A stretch of DNA of 64,000 bases from Macrostomum lignano (GCA_002269645.1 NIVC01001036.1:1-64000); one strand, 5' to 3'; counted from the stretch's first letter, positions 47,701-60,249 are shown. Translations and numbers: made by a program. The notes: generated by a model from the letters alone, not told the origin.

Positions 47701-49400
47701 TTTTGAAGAGGTCCAGTCTCAAAAGCATTTTGAAGAGGTCCAGTCTCAAAAGCATTTTGAAGAGGTCCAGTCTCAAAAGCATTTTGAAGAGGTCCAGTCT
47801 CAAAAGCATTTTGAAGAGGTCCAGTCTCAAAAGCATTTTGAAGAGGTCCAGTCTCAAAAGCATTTTGAAGAGGTCCAGTCTCAAAAGCATTTTGAAGAGG
47901 TCCAGTCTCAAAAGCATTTTGAAGAGGTCCAGTCTCAAAAGCATTTTGAAGAGGTCCAGTTCGAGCACATTTTAAAATTATAACCGCCATCCTGTTTTGT
48001 AAGCTCGGTTCTGGGACGCATCAGCTACCGATAGGAAAGAAAGCGAGATTCTGCATCATTTTCCCACTTGGTCATTTTTCCTGCCAATTTTAGCGAATTC
48101 TAAAGTGGCTGCCGCAATGGCGGTCAGTTTGGGTAGAGGAGCACCGGCACACTGTGTACCTGCTTTTGCTGACCAACCTCTCTTCATTGCAGGACACGGA
48201 AGTTCGGGGCATCCCAGCGGGTGGTGCGACATGAAGACAGTAGCCTCTTTAGCCAACCGGTGCCTGTGGTTTCCCGTCAACTGTGGTTTAGCTTAGGAAA
48301 AGCGGGACACTGGTAGCTAGCTAATTAGCATAATTAATGCGAATTCCAGGCCCACATGTACAGGCCGCCGAGCTGTCAGTCAGGCGGTAGCTGCATTTGG
48401 TGCAATAAATTGGCGATGTTGCACAACATATACAAGGTTCAAGTCGCTACAGATGATGAGGACCCGCTGAAGTTTCCTGTAACTGAATGCACAGTTTTAT
48501 GCTAAATCCCCTCGTTAAATAATCTCCTAGCTAGATAATTCCCTAGCTAGATAATCCCCTAGCTAGATAACCCCCAAGCTGGATAATCCTCTAGACAATC
48601 CTCTAGCTAGATAATCCCCAAGCTAGATAATCCCCAAGCTAGATAATCCCCAAGCTAGATAATCCCAAGCTAGATAATCCTCAAGCTAGATAATCCCCTA
48701 GCTAGAAAATCCCCAAGCTAGATAATCCCCTAGCTGAAAAAATCCCCAAGCTAGACAATCACTAGCTAGATAACCCTTTCGATAGATAATCCCCAAGCTA
48801 GATAATCCTTTAGATAGATAATCCCCAAGCTATATAATCCCCAAGCAATATAATCCCCAAGCTAGATAATCTCCAAGCTAGATAATCCCCAAGCTAGATA
48901 ATCCCCTAGCTAGATAATCCCCTAGCTAGATAATCCCCTAGCTAGTAATCCCCTAGCTAGATAATCCACTAGCTAGATAATCCTTTCGATAGATAATCCC
49001 CAAACTAGATAATCCGATAGCTAGACAATTCCCTATGTAGATAATCCCCAAGCTAGATAATCCCCTAGCTAGATAATCCCCTAGCTAGATAATCCCCTAG
49101 CTAGATAATCCCCTAGCTAGATAATCCCCTAGCTAGATAATCCTTTGGATAGACAATCCCCTATCTAGCTAATCCATAGCTAGACAATCCCATACATTAT
49201 TCGAACTGCAGCCAAATCCCCGGATCAGCAGCCGCCGCACTCACACAAAGGACAGGGCCAGCCTGCGCTTGAAGCTGCGCACCAGGAAGCTGCCCTCCGG
49301 CATCGGGCCCAGCACCGCCGTGGCCAGCAGTGGCGCCATTTCCTGAAAGAACCAGGCCTCCTCCCGGATGTCCGGCATTCGAAATTTGGCTGGATCGTAT
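41076..49400 (-). CDS. SH2 plus tyrosine-kinase-fold pseudokinase with Ser/Ala-rich and coiled-coil tail; exons 49400-49245, 47647-47404, 45670-45564, 44770-44545, 44152-43775, 43452-43362, 42958-42291, 41798-41076
   Basis: All junctions are GT-AG and phase-consistent. SH2: [46 protein letters not shown]. Kinase fold: [94 protein letters not shown]. Confidence 0.9.
41957..42022 (+). repeat. Short dispersed repeat shared with 5633-5700
   Basis: CTAATCGT(C/A)AGGCATGTACACT...ATGGCTGTGAATCAC occurs at both sites. Confidence 0.7.
42982..43150. repeat. 14-bp minisatellite GTGTCTGTCCCGAT
   Basis: About 12 units in a kinase-gene intron. Confidence 0.95.
44190..44455 (-). mobile_element. CORE-like SINE, family B, copy 2, inside the 392-nt kinase intron 44153-44544
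   Basis: Reverse complement is colinear with 26150-26400 from GAAGGTC..GGGTTCGATTCCC to TTGCACATCTGG..TTGGGGAAGGTG. Confidence 0.88.
44830..45390. repeat. 24-bp minisatellite CTAATCTATAGATCTAATGGCTGT
   Basis: About 23 units. Confidence 0.95.
46095..46505. repeat. 30-bp minisatellite TTGTACAGCTGTGTAGATGCGTGGGTTCTA, one CAGCTG E-box per unit
   Basis: About 14 units. Confidence 0.95.
46825..47340. repeat. 33-bp minisatellite GATTGATAGACCGGAAGTGAGTGTATTAAACCC, one ETS motif per unit
   Basis: About 16 units, most containing ACCGGAAGTG. Confidence 0.95.
47675..47960. repeat. 27-bp minisatellite GAAGAGGTCCAGTCTCAAAAGCATTTT
   Basis: About 10 perfect units ending about 27 nt from the acceptor at 47648. 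Confidence 0.97.
48525..49190. repeat. 17-bp minisatellite CTAGCTAGATAATCCCC
   Basis: About 38 degenerate units. Confidence 0.93.
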
Positions 49401-49689
49401 CTTTCAAAGTGAACAAAACAGAGATAGCGAAGAAGGGCGCCGGGTGATGAGGGAGAATCAGTTAGATTAGTTGCTAGGTGGCGCTGTCTCCTGGCGCATT
49501 GTTCCCGAGTTTGCTGCTGTCAACTGCGCTCCGGTGATGGCCACGAATTGGCTGTCCCTGGATTGGAATGAGAGATTGGTGATTAGTAGTGTCACGGTAT
49601 GATAAAACTTGTGTATCGATAATTGTTGATAAATTATGCATCATGAAACCAAAAAATTGGATGGAAAAAGCTGCATTAGCAAATGATTC

Positions 49690-49847
49690 AGTAAGTCAGT
49701 CAGTTAATCAATCAATCAATCAGTCAATCAAACAATCATTCAATCGATCGATCAATCAATCGATATTTGGTGATCAATCAATCAATCAATCAATCATTCA
49801 ATCATTCAATCAATCAACCAATCAATCAATCAATTAATCAACCATTT

Positions 49848-49945
<98 letters not shown>

Positions 49946-50192
49946 CCAATCAATCAATCAACCAATTAATAAATCATTCAATCAATCAATCAATCAATTA
50001 ATCAATCATTCAACCAATCAATCAATCATTCAATCAATCATTCAATCAATCATTCAATCAATCATTCAATCAACCAATCAATCAATCAATTAATTAATTA
50101 ATTAATTAATTAATCAATCAATCAATCAACCAATCTATAAACCAATCAATCAATCAAACAATCAATCAATCAAACAATCAATCAATCAAACA

Positions 50193-50223
<31 letters not shown>

Positions 50224-50340
50224 TAATTAATCAATCAATCAATCAATCAATCAACCAATCTATAAACCAATCAATCAATCAAACAATCAATCAATCAATC
50301 AAACAAATCAATCAATCAATCAATCAACCAACCAACCAAC
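49690..50340. repeat. (AATC)n microsatellite
   Basis: Degenerate tetranucleotide run. Confidence 0.97.
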
Positions 50341-51034
50341 AGGGATACTCAATTCTCAACTTTCTCCCACTATGCTGGCCCCTCTCTAACATCCCAAAAT
50401 CTCAGTTAAACTGCAGTTTGCAGCTGAGCGCCGCACCACCATCGCAACACACAATGGCATGACTGAAGTTCCTCTCCCAACTCAAACTGACCCCATCGAT
50501 CAAGGGTCTAACAGCCAAAAAATGAACCGAAATTAGCCCCAAAGCCTCAGCCCTCCTGCGGTCAGATACTGACAGACATGCTCGAACTTTTGGTTTGACA
50601 CAGGCCCCCCCAGGCTGGCCGCCACCCGCTGGTCGAGTAAATATTTATCGGCGGTCGCTAAGCCCCGCCTCGTGCGCGAAAAAAACCGCACAAGGTCGCA
50701 CAAGTGGCCGCTATTTGGCCCCTGAAAATAATTATCTTAAACCGGCACTTCAGTGGCTGGGGGCATATCAGGTCGAACTAGATGGCATTTTTAAAGATAT
50801 CTTAGGAATTCCCAGGCCACGCAGTGTATAGCTATGGATTGAAGCTGATTGACAAGGACAGGCGGGAGGTGTCAGTTTCGCACCTGCACTCTCTCTAGTT
50901 GAGCATTGGGCAATGGGGAATTGGTTGCTATGCGCAAAAACTATCCCCTTCTGGGGCATAATGATACTTTATACATTTCTAAGCTCTGCAGTCTTGGCCA
51001 CCTCTCTGCAATTTGAATCGGTCACCTCTCTCGT

Positions 51035-53345
51035 CTAGCACTCTCTCCCTCTCTCCCTCTCTCCCTCTCTCCCTTTCTCCCTCTCTTCCTCTCTCCCTCT
51101 CTCCCTCTCTCCCTCTCTCCCTCTCTCACTCTCTCCTCTCTCCCTCTCCTCTCTCCCTTTCTCCCTCTCTCCCTCTCTCCCTCTCTCCCTCTCTCCCTCT
51201 CTCCCTCTCTCACTCTCTCCCTCTCTCTCTCTCTCCCTCTCTCCCTCTCTCCCTCTCTCCCTCTCTCCCTCTCTCACTCTCTCCCTCTCTCTCTCTCACT
51301 CTCTCCCTCTCTCGATCTCTCCCTCTCTCCCTCTCTCCCTCTCTCACTCTCTCCCTCTCTATCTCTCCCTCTCTCATTCTCTCCCCCTCTCTCTCATTCT
51401 CTCCCTCTCTCACTCTCTCCCTCTCTCCCTCTCTTCCTCTTTCCCTCTCCCCCCTCTCTCTCATTCTCTCCCCCTCTCTCTCATTCTCTCCCTCTCTCCC
51501 TGTCTCCCTTTCTCCCCCTCTCCTCTCTCCTCTCTCCTCTATCCCTATCACCCTCTCTCCCTCTCTCGATCTCTCCCTCTCTCCCTCTCTCACTCTCTCT
51601 CTCTCTCTCTCTCACTCTCTCCCTCTCTCCCTCTCTTCCTCTTTCCCTCTCCCCCCTCTCTCTCATTCTCTCCCCCTCTCTCTCATTCTCTCCCTCTCTC
51701 CCTGTCTCCCTTTCTCCCCCTCTCCTCTCTCCTCTCTCCTCTATCCCTATCTCCCTCTCTCCCTGTCTCTCTTTCTCCCTCTCTCACTCTCTTCCTCTCA
51801 ACCTCTCTCACTCTCTCCCTCTCTCTCTCTCTCACTCTCTCTCTCTCTCACTCTCTCCCTCTCTCCCTCTCTCCCTCTCTCCCTTTCTCCCTCTCTTCCT
51901 CTCTCCCTCTCTCCCTCTCTCCCTCTCTCACTCTCTCACTCTCTCCCTCTCTCCCTCTCTCCCTCTCTCCCTCTCTCACTCTCTCCCTCTCTCTCTCACT
52001 CTCTCCCTCTCTCCCTCTCTTCCTCTTTCCCTCTCCCCCCTCTCTCTCATTCTCTCCCCCTCTCTCTCATTCTCTCCCTCTCTCCCTGTCTCCCTTTCTC
52101 CCCTCTCCTCTCTCCTCTCTCCTCTATCCCTATCTCCCTCTCTCCCTGTCTCTCTTTCTCCCTCTCTCACTCTCTTCCTCTCAACCTCTCTCACTCTGTC
52201 CCTCTCTCTCTCTCTCTCACTCTCTCTCTCTCTCTCACTCTCTCCCTCTCTCCCTCTCTCCCTCTCTCCCTTTCTCCCTCTCTTCCTCTCTCCCTCTCTC
52301 CCTCTCTCCCTCTCTCCCTGTCTCTCTTTCTCCCTCTCTCACTCTCTTCCTCTCAACCTCTCTCACTCTCTCCCTCTCTCCCTCTCTCCCTCTCTCCCTT
52401 TCTCCCTCTCTTCCTCTCTCCCTCTCTCCCTCTCTCACTCTCTCCCTCTCTATCTCTCCCTCTCTCATTCTCTCCCCCTCTCTCTCATTCTCTCCCTCTC
52501 TCCCTCTCTCCCTTTCTCCCTCTCTTCCTCTCTCCCTCTCTCCCTCTCTCACTCTCTCCCTCTCTCCCTCTCTCCCTCTCTCCCTCTCTCACTCTCTCCC
52601 TCTCTCTCTCACTCTCTCCCTCTCTCCCTCTCTTCCTCTTTCCCTCTCCCCCCTCTCTCTCATTCTCTCCCCCTCTCTCTCATTCTCTCCCTCTCTCCCT
52701 GTCTCCCTTTCTCCCCCTCTCCTCTCTCCTCTCTCCTCTATCCCTATCTCCCTCTCTCCCTGTCTCTCTTTCTCCCTCTCTCACTCTCTTCCTCTCAACC
52801 TCTCTCACTCTCTCCCTCTCTCTCTCTCTCTCACTCTCTCTCTCTCTCACTCTCTCCCTCTCTCCCTCTCTCCCTCTCTTCCTTTCTCCCTCTCTTCCTC
52901 TCTCCCTCTCTCCCTCTCTCCCTCTCTCCCTCTCTCACTCTCTCCCTCTCTCCCTCTCTCCCTCTCTCCCTCTCTCACTCTCTCCCTCTCTCCCTCTCTC
53001 TCCTCTCTCCCTCTCTCCCTCTCTTCCTCTCTCCCTCTCTCCCTCTCTCACTCTCTCCCTCTCTATCTCTCCCTCTCTCATTCTCTCCCCCTCTCTCTCA
53101 TTCTCTCCCTCTCTCACTCTCTCCCTCTCTCTCTCACTCTCTCCCTCTCTTCCTCTTTCCCTCTCCCCCCTCTCTCTCATTCTCTCCCCCTCTCTCTCAT
53201 TCTTTCCCTCTCTCCCTGTCTCCCTTTCTCCCCCTCTCCCTCTCTCCTCTCTCCTCTCTCCTCTATCCCTATCTCCCTCTCTCCCTGTCTCTCTTTCTCT
53301 CTCTCTCCCTCTCTTCCTCTCAACCTCTCAACCTCTCGCCCTCTC
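51035..53345. repeat. CT-rich polypyrimidine array with higher-order block duplications
   Basis: About 2.3 kb almost purely C/T on the + strand; a block containing CTCTATCCCTATC recurs several times; source of the 821-aa S/L/P ORF. Confidence 0.97.
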
Positions 53346-53628
53346 TCCAGCCCCTTCTTTTCTATTCTCTCTCCTCCATCACTTGCTCTTTTTCTTTATC
53401 CTTCATCTTTATCTACTCACATTTTGCAGTCAGCTTGAGTCTATCAATGAAACAGTAACAGTTAGTCATCAAGAATAAAAGCACCGAAAAGTCTTGCTCT
53501 GCAGACACACTAGACTGTATGCTCAGTCTCAGATCTGGCACGAACCGTCGCGCAATATGAGCTATAGACCCCCCCCCCCGAATAAGTAAGTAAATTAATT
53601 CAAGTTTTACTGCTCGATTTTACCGCAC

Positions 53629-53703
53629 CCACGCGCTGAATGCTGATGCCGATCTTCCAAGACATCATTCGCAAGCAAAACCGGATGACGAATAAAAACA
53701 TTT
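53629..53703 (-). CDS. Candidate upstream exon of the pseudokinase gene: C-terminal half of a degenerate SH3
   Basis: ACTTAG|A AAT GTT...CGT GG|GTGCGG; 75 nt, phase 2/2. It encodes NVFIRHPVLLANDVLEDRHQHSARG and joins YDPAKF in the 49400 exon to give GYDPAKF (SH3 G.IP.NY equivalent). Confidence 0.6.
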
Positions 53704-54289
53704 CTAAGTTCAAAATATGATATAGCTGAATATAGTTGCTATGCGATTAAAATCTGGGTAGCCGGAGGCCAAATTCAAGCAGTCCTTGAGAAAGAATCTG
53801 GAGCGGTCAGGTCCACTGATCAAATAAATGAGCTGCTCCTTTGCAATCCTTTCTGTCAAATGAAACTCTATATCCAGTTGTCTAGCTTCAGACGTCCTTG
53901 GCCGATTCCTGATCGGATCCCTAAGCCAGATCTGTCCGTCCCAGTTTTGTTGAAGAACAAAAAATTTTTTTTCGAGGTGCGGGTCGGCCCCGGCTGAACC
54001 AATAAAACTGCATTTTTTTCTCTCTTTCTGGACAACCCGGCGGAGATCGTAAAACTTCAGGAGGTCAACGGGGCTTATCTGATCTCGGCGCCCGTCGTGG
54101 AGACAGCAAAGACTCGCCCCGCCTCCACCCTCCAAAGCGGAGATTTTTTAAACAAGATTTGCAACAATATTTATGCCATCTGTATAGTCCGGCTGTAGTC
54201 TGACTCACACTGTTGCGGTGCCTGCAGCTCCTGGACACCGGTTTCAGAGGGCCTGACAATAACCGCTCTGTTGTTTCTGACAGGCACTG

Positions 54290-54925
54290 AATGGTCACTG
54301 ACAACCACTGTTGTCATTGGTATATTGTTACTGGCAACCACTATGTTGTCACTGGTATATTGTCACTGGCAACCACTATATTGTCACTGGCAACCACTAT
54401 ATTGTCACTGGCAACCACTATATTGTCACTGGTATATTGTCACTGGCAAACACTATATTGTCACTGGTATATTGTCACTGGCAAACACTATATTGTCACT
54501 GACAACCACTATATTGTCACTGACAACCACTATATTGTCACTGGTATATTGTCGCTGGCAACCACTATATTGTCACTGGCAACCACTATATTGTCACTGG
54601 CAACCACTATATTGTCACTGGCAACCACTATATTGTCACTGGCAACCACTATATTGTCACTGGCAACCACTATATTGTCACTGGCAACCACTATATTGTC
54701 ACTGACAACCACTATATTGTCACTGGCAACCACTATATTGTCACTGACAACCACTATATTGTCACTGGTATATTGTCGCTGGCAACCACTATATTGTCAC
54801 TGGCAACCACTATATTGTCACTGGCAACCACTATATTGTCACTGACAACCACTATATTGTCACTGGCAACCACTATATTGTCACTGGTATATTGTCGCTG
54901 GCAACCACTATATTGTCACTGACAA
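54290..54925. repeat. 21-bp minisatellite ACCACTATATTGTCACTGGCA
   Basis: About 30 units. Confidence 0.96.
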
Positions 54926-55749
54926 CTATTAAATAGTCCCTGACGAGTACCCTGACTGCCTTGACAACTACAACAGTGTCCTTAGCAACCTGCCGCCCCT
55001 GCTAACTGGCAAAATTTTAATTTCCACTATTTAATATTTTACACCTCTCAGCTCATAATTCTTCCCATAGAGAAACTTGGCCAAAAATATTGCATAAGTG
55101 TGACGCAACCCGCTCTACATCAACGCCCAGTCTCCCAGTGATGTGGGAGGTTGAACAACATATATTTCTCCGCATTAGTCAACAAACGAAACGTGCCATT
55201 TCGAGCTAGAGTCATCATAAAATCTTCACATGTAGGCTATATATGATAAATGTATAATATCTACATGCTCAATGAATATAGATCCTGAGAACTCCGTAGA
55301 GTATTCAAATGTGCGAAATTGCCTTTGTTGTCCTTGGGACCACCGCCAACCCCAGCGCAGTTAGTTGCCAAGCGCAAGAAGTATAGAATATTTGCGGACA
55401 CGCTAAAACAAACCTTCGCACTGCTCAGACCCTCTCGCCTACAGCACAGCCACTCCATCCAATTAAAACTATGTCTTTCTAAGCTTTCTAAGCTTGTCAA
55501 TTCATTATCGCACAGGGACCGCGACATGGAGTACTGGAATTTCTATCTAGCTAGATTGAGTCGATATTTTGATGCGAAAAGTATAGAATTCTCATACCGT
55601 TTTCAACAGTAGGAATCTTTTCCTTCTCCTACAGATTGCCTTTTTAAGATTCCAATCGCGCTTGGAGCTAAATTGGAAGTCAGTTTTGAGGACAGAGCAG
55701 CTCCATGGTTAACGCATCCGACTCTCCGCGGGTTTGATTTGGTAACCTC

Positions 55750-58340
55750 ACTGCCTCTCTAGTTCTCTCTCTCCTCTCCCTGCCTCTCTAGTTCTCCTCT
55801 CCTCTCCCTGCCTCTCTAGTTCTCCTCTCCTCTCCCTGCGTCTCTAGTTCTCTCTCTCCTCTCCCTGCCTCTCTAGTTCTCCTCTCCTCTCCCTGCCTCT
55901 CTAGTTCTCCTCTCCTCTCCCTGCCTCTCTAGTTCTCCTCTCCTCTCCCTGCCTCTCTAGTTCTCTCTCTCCTCTCCCTGCCTCTCTAGTTCTCCTCTCC
56001 TCTCCCTGCCTCTCTGGTTCTCCTCTCCTCTCCCTGCCTCTCTAGTTCTCCTCTCCTCTCCCTGCCTCTCTAGTTTTCCTCTCCTCTCCCTGCCTCTCTA
56101 GTTCTCTCTCTCCTCTCCCTGCCTCTCTAGTTCTCCTCTCCTCTCTCTGCCTCTCTAGTTCTCCTCTCCTCTCCCTGCCTCTCTAGTTCTCTCTCTCCTC
56201 TCCCTGCCTCTCTAGTTCTCCTCTCCTCTCCCTGCCTCTCTAGTTCTCCTCTCCTCTCCCTGCCTCTCTAGTTCTCCTCTCCTCTCCCTGCCTCTCTAGT
56301 TCTCCTCTCCTCTCCCTGCCTCTCTAGTTCTCCTCTCCTCTCCCTGCCTCTCTAGTTCTCCTCTCCTCTCCCTGCCTCTCTAGTTCTCCTCTCCTCTCCC
56401 TGCCTCTCTAGTTCTCTCTCTCCTCTCTCTGCCTCTCTAGTTCTCCTCTCCTCTCCCTGCCTCTCTAGTTCTCCTCTCCTCTCCCTGCCTCTCTAGTTCT
56501 CCTCTCCTCTCCCTGCCTCTCTAGTTTTCCTCTCCCTGCCTCTCTAGTTCTCCTCTCCTCTCCCTGCCTCTCTAGTTCTCTCTCTCCTCTCTCTGCCTCT
56601 CTAGTTCTCCTCTCCTCTCCCTGCCTCTCTAGTTCTCCTCTCCTCTCCCTGCCTCTCTAGTTCTCCTCTCCTCTCCCTGCCTCTCTAGTTTTCCTCTCCC
56701 TGCCTCTCTAGTTCTCCTCTCCCTGCCTCTCTAGTTCTCCTCTCCCTGCCTCTCTAGTTCTCCTCTCCTCTCCCTGCCTCTCTAGTTCTCCTCTCCTCTC
56801 CCTGCCTCTCTAGTTCTCCTCTCCTCTCCCTGCCTCTCTGGTTCTCCTCTCCTCTCCCTGCCTCTCTAGTTCTCTCTCTCCTCTCCCTGCCTCTCTAGTT
56901 CTCCTCTCCTCTCCCTGCCTCTCTAGTTCTCCTCTCCTCTCCCTGCCTCTCTAGTTCTCTCTCTCCTCTCCCTGCCTCTCTAGTTCTCCTCTCCTCTCCC
57001 TGCCTCTCTAGTTCTCCTCTCCTCTCCCTGCGTCTCTAGTTCTCTCTCTCCTCTCCCTGCCTCTCTAGTTCTCCTCTCCCTGCCTCTCTAGTTCTCCTCT
57101 CCCTGCCTCTCTAGTTCTCCTCTCCTCTCCCTGCCTCTCTAGTTCTCCTCTCCTCTCCCTGCCTCTCTAGTTCTCCTCTCCTCTCTCTGCCTCTCTGGTT
57201 CTCCTCTCCTCTCCCTGCCTCTCTAGTTCTCTCTCTCCTCTCCCTGCCTCTCTAGTTCTCCTCTCCTCTCCCTGCCTCTCTAGTTCTCCTCTCCTCTCCC
57301 TGCCTCTAGTTCTCCTCTCCTCTCCCTGCCTCTCTGGTTCTCCTCTCCTCTCCCTGCCTCTCTAGTTCTCCTCTTCTCTCTCTGCCTCTCTAGTTCTCCT
57401 CTCCTCTCCCTGCCTCTCTAGTTCTCCTCTCCTCTCCCTGCCTCCCTAGTTCTCCTCTCCTCTCCCTGCCTCTCTAGTTCTCCTCTCCTCTCCCTGCCTC
57501 CCTAGTTCTCCTCTCCTCTCCCTGCCTCCCTAGTTCTCCTCTCCTCTCCCTGTCTCTCTAGTTCTCCTCTCCCTGCCTCTCTAGTTCTCCTCTCCTCTCC
57601 CTGCCTCTCTAGTTTTCCTCTCCCTGCCTCTCTAGTTCTCCTCTCCCTGCCTCTCTAGTTCTCCTCTCCTCTCTCTGCCTCTCTAGTTCTCCTCTCCTCT
57701 CCCTGCCTCTCTAGTTCTCCTCTCCTCTCCCTGCCTCCCTAGTTCTCCTCTCCTCTCCCTGCCTCCCTAGTTCTCCTCTCCTCTCCCTGCCTCTCTAGTT
57801 CTCCTCTTCTCTCTCTGCCTCTCTAGTTCTCCTCTCCTCTCCCTGCCTCTCTAGTTCTCCTCTCCTCTCCCTGCCTCCCTAGTTCTCCTCTCCTCTCCCT
57901 GCCTCTCTAGTTCTCCTCTCCTCTCCCTGCCTCCCTAGTTCTCCTCTCCTCTCCCTGCCTCCCTAGTTCTCCTCTCCTCTCCCTGTCTCTCTAGTTCTCC
58001 TCTCCCTGCCTCTCTAGTTCTCCTCTCCTCTCCCTGCCTCTCTAGTTTTCCTCTCCCTGCCTCTCTAGTTCTCCTCTCCCTGCCTCTCTAGTTCTCCTCT
58101 CCTCTCTCTGCCTCTCTAGTTCTCCTCTCCTCTCCCTGCCTCTCTAGTTCTCCTCTCCTCTCCCTGCCTCCCTAGTTCTCCTCTCCTCTCCCTGCCTCCC
58201 TAGTTCTCCTCTCCTCTCCCTGCCTCCCTAGTTCTCCTCTCCTCTCCCTGTCTCTCTAGTTCTCCTCTCCCTGTCTCTCTAGTTCTCTTTCTCCCTCTCT
58301 CACTGCCTCTCTCACTCTCTAGTTCTTTATCTCCCTCTCT
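55750..58340. repeat. 28-bp pyrimidine-rich satellite CTCTCCTCTCCCTGCCTCTCTAGTTCTC
   Basis: About 90 units with 23-bp deletion variants. Confidence 0.98.
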
Positions 58341-59099
58341 CACTGCCTCTCAAGTTCTCTCTCCCATCTCCCACTCTTCCTCTCTCCCTATCTCTAGCTT
58401 GGAGTCAACCCATGGGCCAACCCCCACGGCACAGAGGGTGTGCATGCCTCTGACATCGAGAAAGCCAGGGCCGCTGAAAGCCACCGGGAACATCTTGTGT
58501 GAGCGCGCGTTCAGGGTTCAGAGGAATGGGCACGACTGCTTGCTTCCCGGTGGCTGCGGGTCGACTTGTCGCCTTGATTTGCGGCAGCACCCAAATTGCC
58601 CCCTGCAAAAAAGTCTAAATAGTCAGTTTCCCTATCCAGATACTTTATTTAGCACTCCCCGGCCGCAGACAATTGCCAGCAGCGCTTGCGAGACAATAAA
58701 AATGCATGTCCAATCTGCCCCCCAGCTGAGCCGCCACCCAGCGGGACCCCCCATCTGCCCTTCTCATTGCAATCTGCAAATTGGCTACTCAAACTCAAAT
58801 TTGGACAAGCAAAACTTAAAAGCATTGTAAAACTTGTACGCACAATATGGTCCCAAGATTTATGCACCCCTTGGATAGAGATGATATGGTGGGGGGGGGC
58901 GGTGGGGTTGGTGAGACAGTTCTCAGAACTTGTCAAATCTAATGTTTAGCTGTCTACTTACTTCAAGGGCTTTACCTCTGTAGCAGCAACAACGATTTTA
59001 TCGTTAGACAGGAAAAATTAATTAGCGGATATTAGTTTATTAGGTATAAACTTTCAGAATAATTAAGTTAGGTAATTGGAATAAATCACTTAGATTTCT

Positions 59100-59435
59100 C
59101 CTTCTATATCTCTCTTTATCTATCTAGATTTGTCTAGGTCTTCCTAGATCTCTCTAGATCTCTCTAGGTCTTCCTATATCTCTATAGATCTCTCTAGGTC
59201 TTTCTAGATCTCTATAGATCTCTCTAGGTCTTCCTAGATCTCTATAGATCTCTCTAGATCTTCCTAAATCTCTCTAGATCTCCCTAGATCTCTCTAGATT
59301 TCTCTAGATCTCTCTAGGTCTTCCTAAATCTTCCTAGATCCCCCCAGGTCTTTTTAGATCTTCCTAGATCTCTCTAGATTTCTCCAGATCTCTCCAGGTC
59401 TTTCTAGATCTCTCTAGATCTCCCTAGATCTCTCT
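59100..59435. repeat. 10-bp repeat TAGATCTCTC, palindrome-rich
   Basis: Degenerate tandem units. Confidence 0.9.
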
Positions 59436-60249
59436 CATGCCTCATCAGATTTTCTATTTCTAGGCCACACCCTAAATCTCTTAAATTCTTTTTTCTCCAT
59501 CTCTAGACGTCGCTAGATCTCATGCTAGGTTTTTAGACATTTCTCAATACATAAAATATTTACTCTTTAGATTTTCTATAGATGTTGGCTAAATAATTCA
59601 TTGGCCAACTACCATTCGAGAATATATTGATTTCAACTAAGTGTATTTTTAAGCCTCTTAGCGTGTGTGGCATCTACAGCAGAGAAGGCGTAAATTTACT
59701 TGGGAATTGAGACTCTTCAACCAATTTTCTCCATTTAGCCAAATAAAATCTCAGAGACACTTCATCGGGCACTTTTTGAGTGGTGAGAAAATTTTCAGCA
59801 AATTACTGCAACTCGACTCTGAAGGACTGACTAATGTCATTTGTTGGCTGAGGAAATTCACTCATCTAGTCTGGGACAGCGGGTCTGGGCAGCATTAGGT
59901 CACACTACTACATATAGATGATGTTCGAGAGGCACTTTGCCAAGGCTTAGGGATGTCACTAGCTACAGTATACCTCTAGCTGGCACAAATGGATACACAA
60001 ATCAGTCAGTCACTGGCCAGCTTTGGAAATTAGGGATTACGCAACGTTGCAGAATGGATTAGGCAATCTCGGCTAAGAAAGCAGTAACTAAGAGAGAGGG
60101 CAAATACTGTTGCTTTTCTGGTGGAATTTTCTGCAGGAAGATTGGCAGTCTGAGGGAAGGAGCAGCACTAATTGATTTGGCGGCAAACTTCCCGTCAGCA
60201 CCAGCAGGCTTTAGTTATACTGCAGTGCCGGTATTTCTGGATGTTTCAG

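Noticed and set aside
43362-49400. Assignment of the pseudokinase as a JAK
   Set aside because: No FERM region was seen, no second active kinase domain follows, and JH2 signature motifs (HGNV, DPG) are absent.
53710-54135. ORF 53710..54135 as a PH-domain exon that would make the kinase Tec-like (KKFFVL motif)
   Set aside because: No phase-compatible GT donor, and the SH3 exons join without it.
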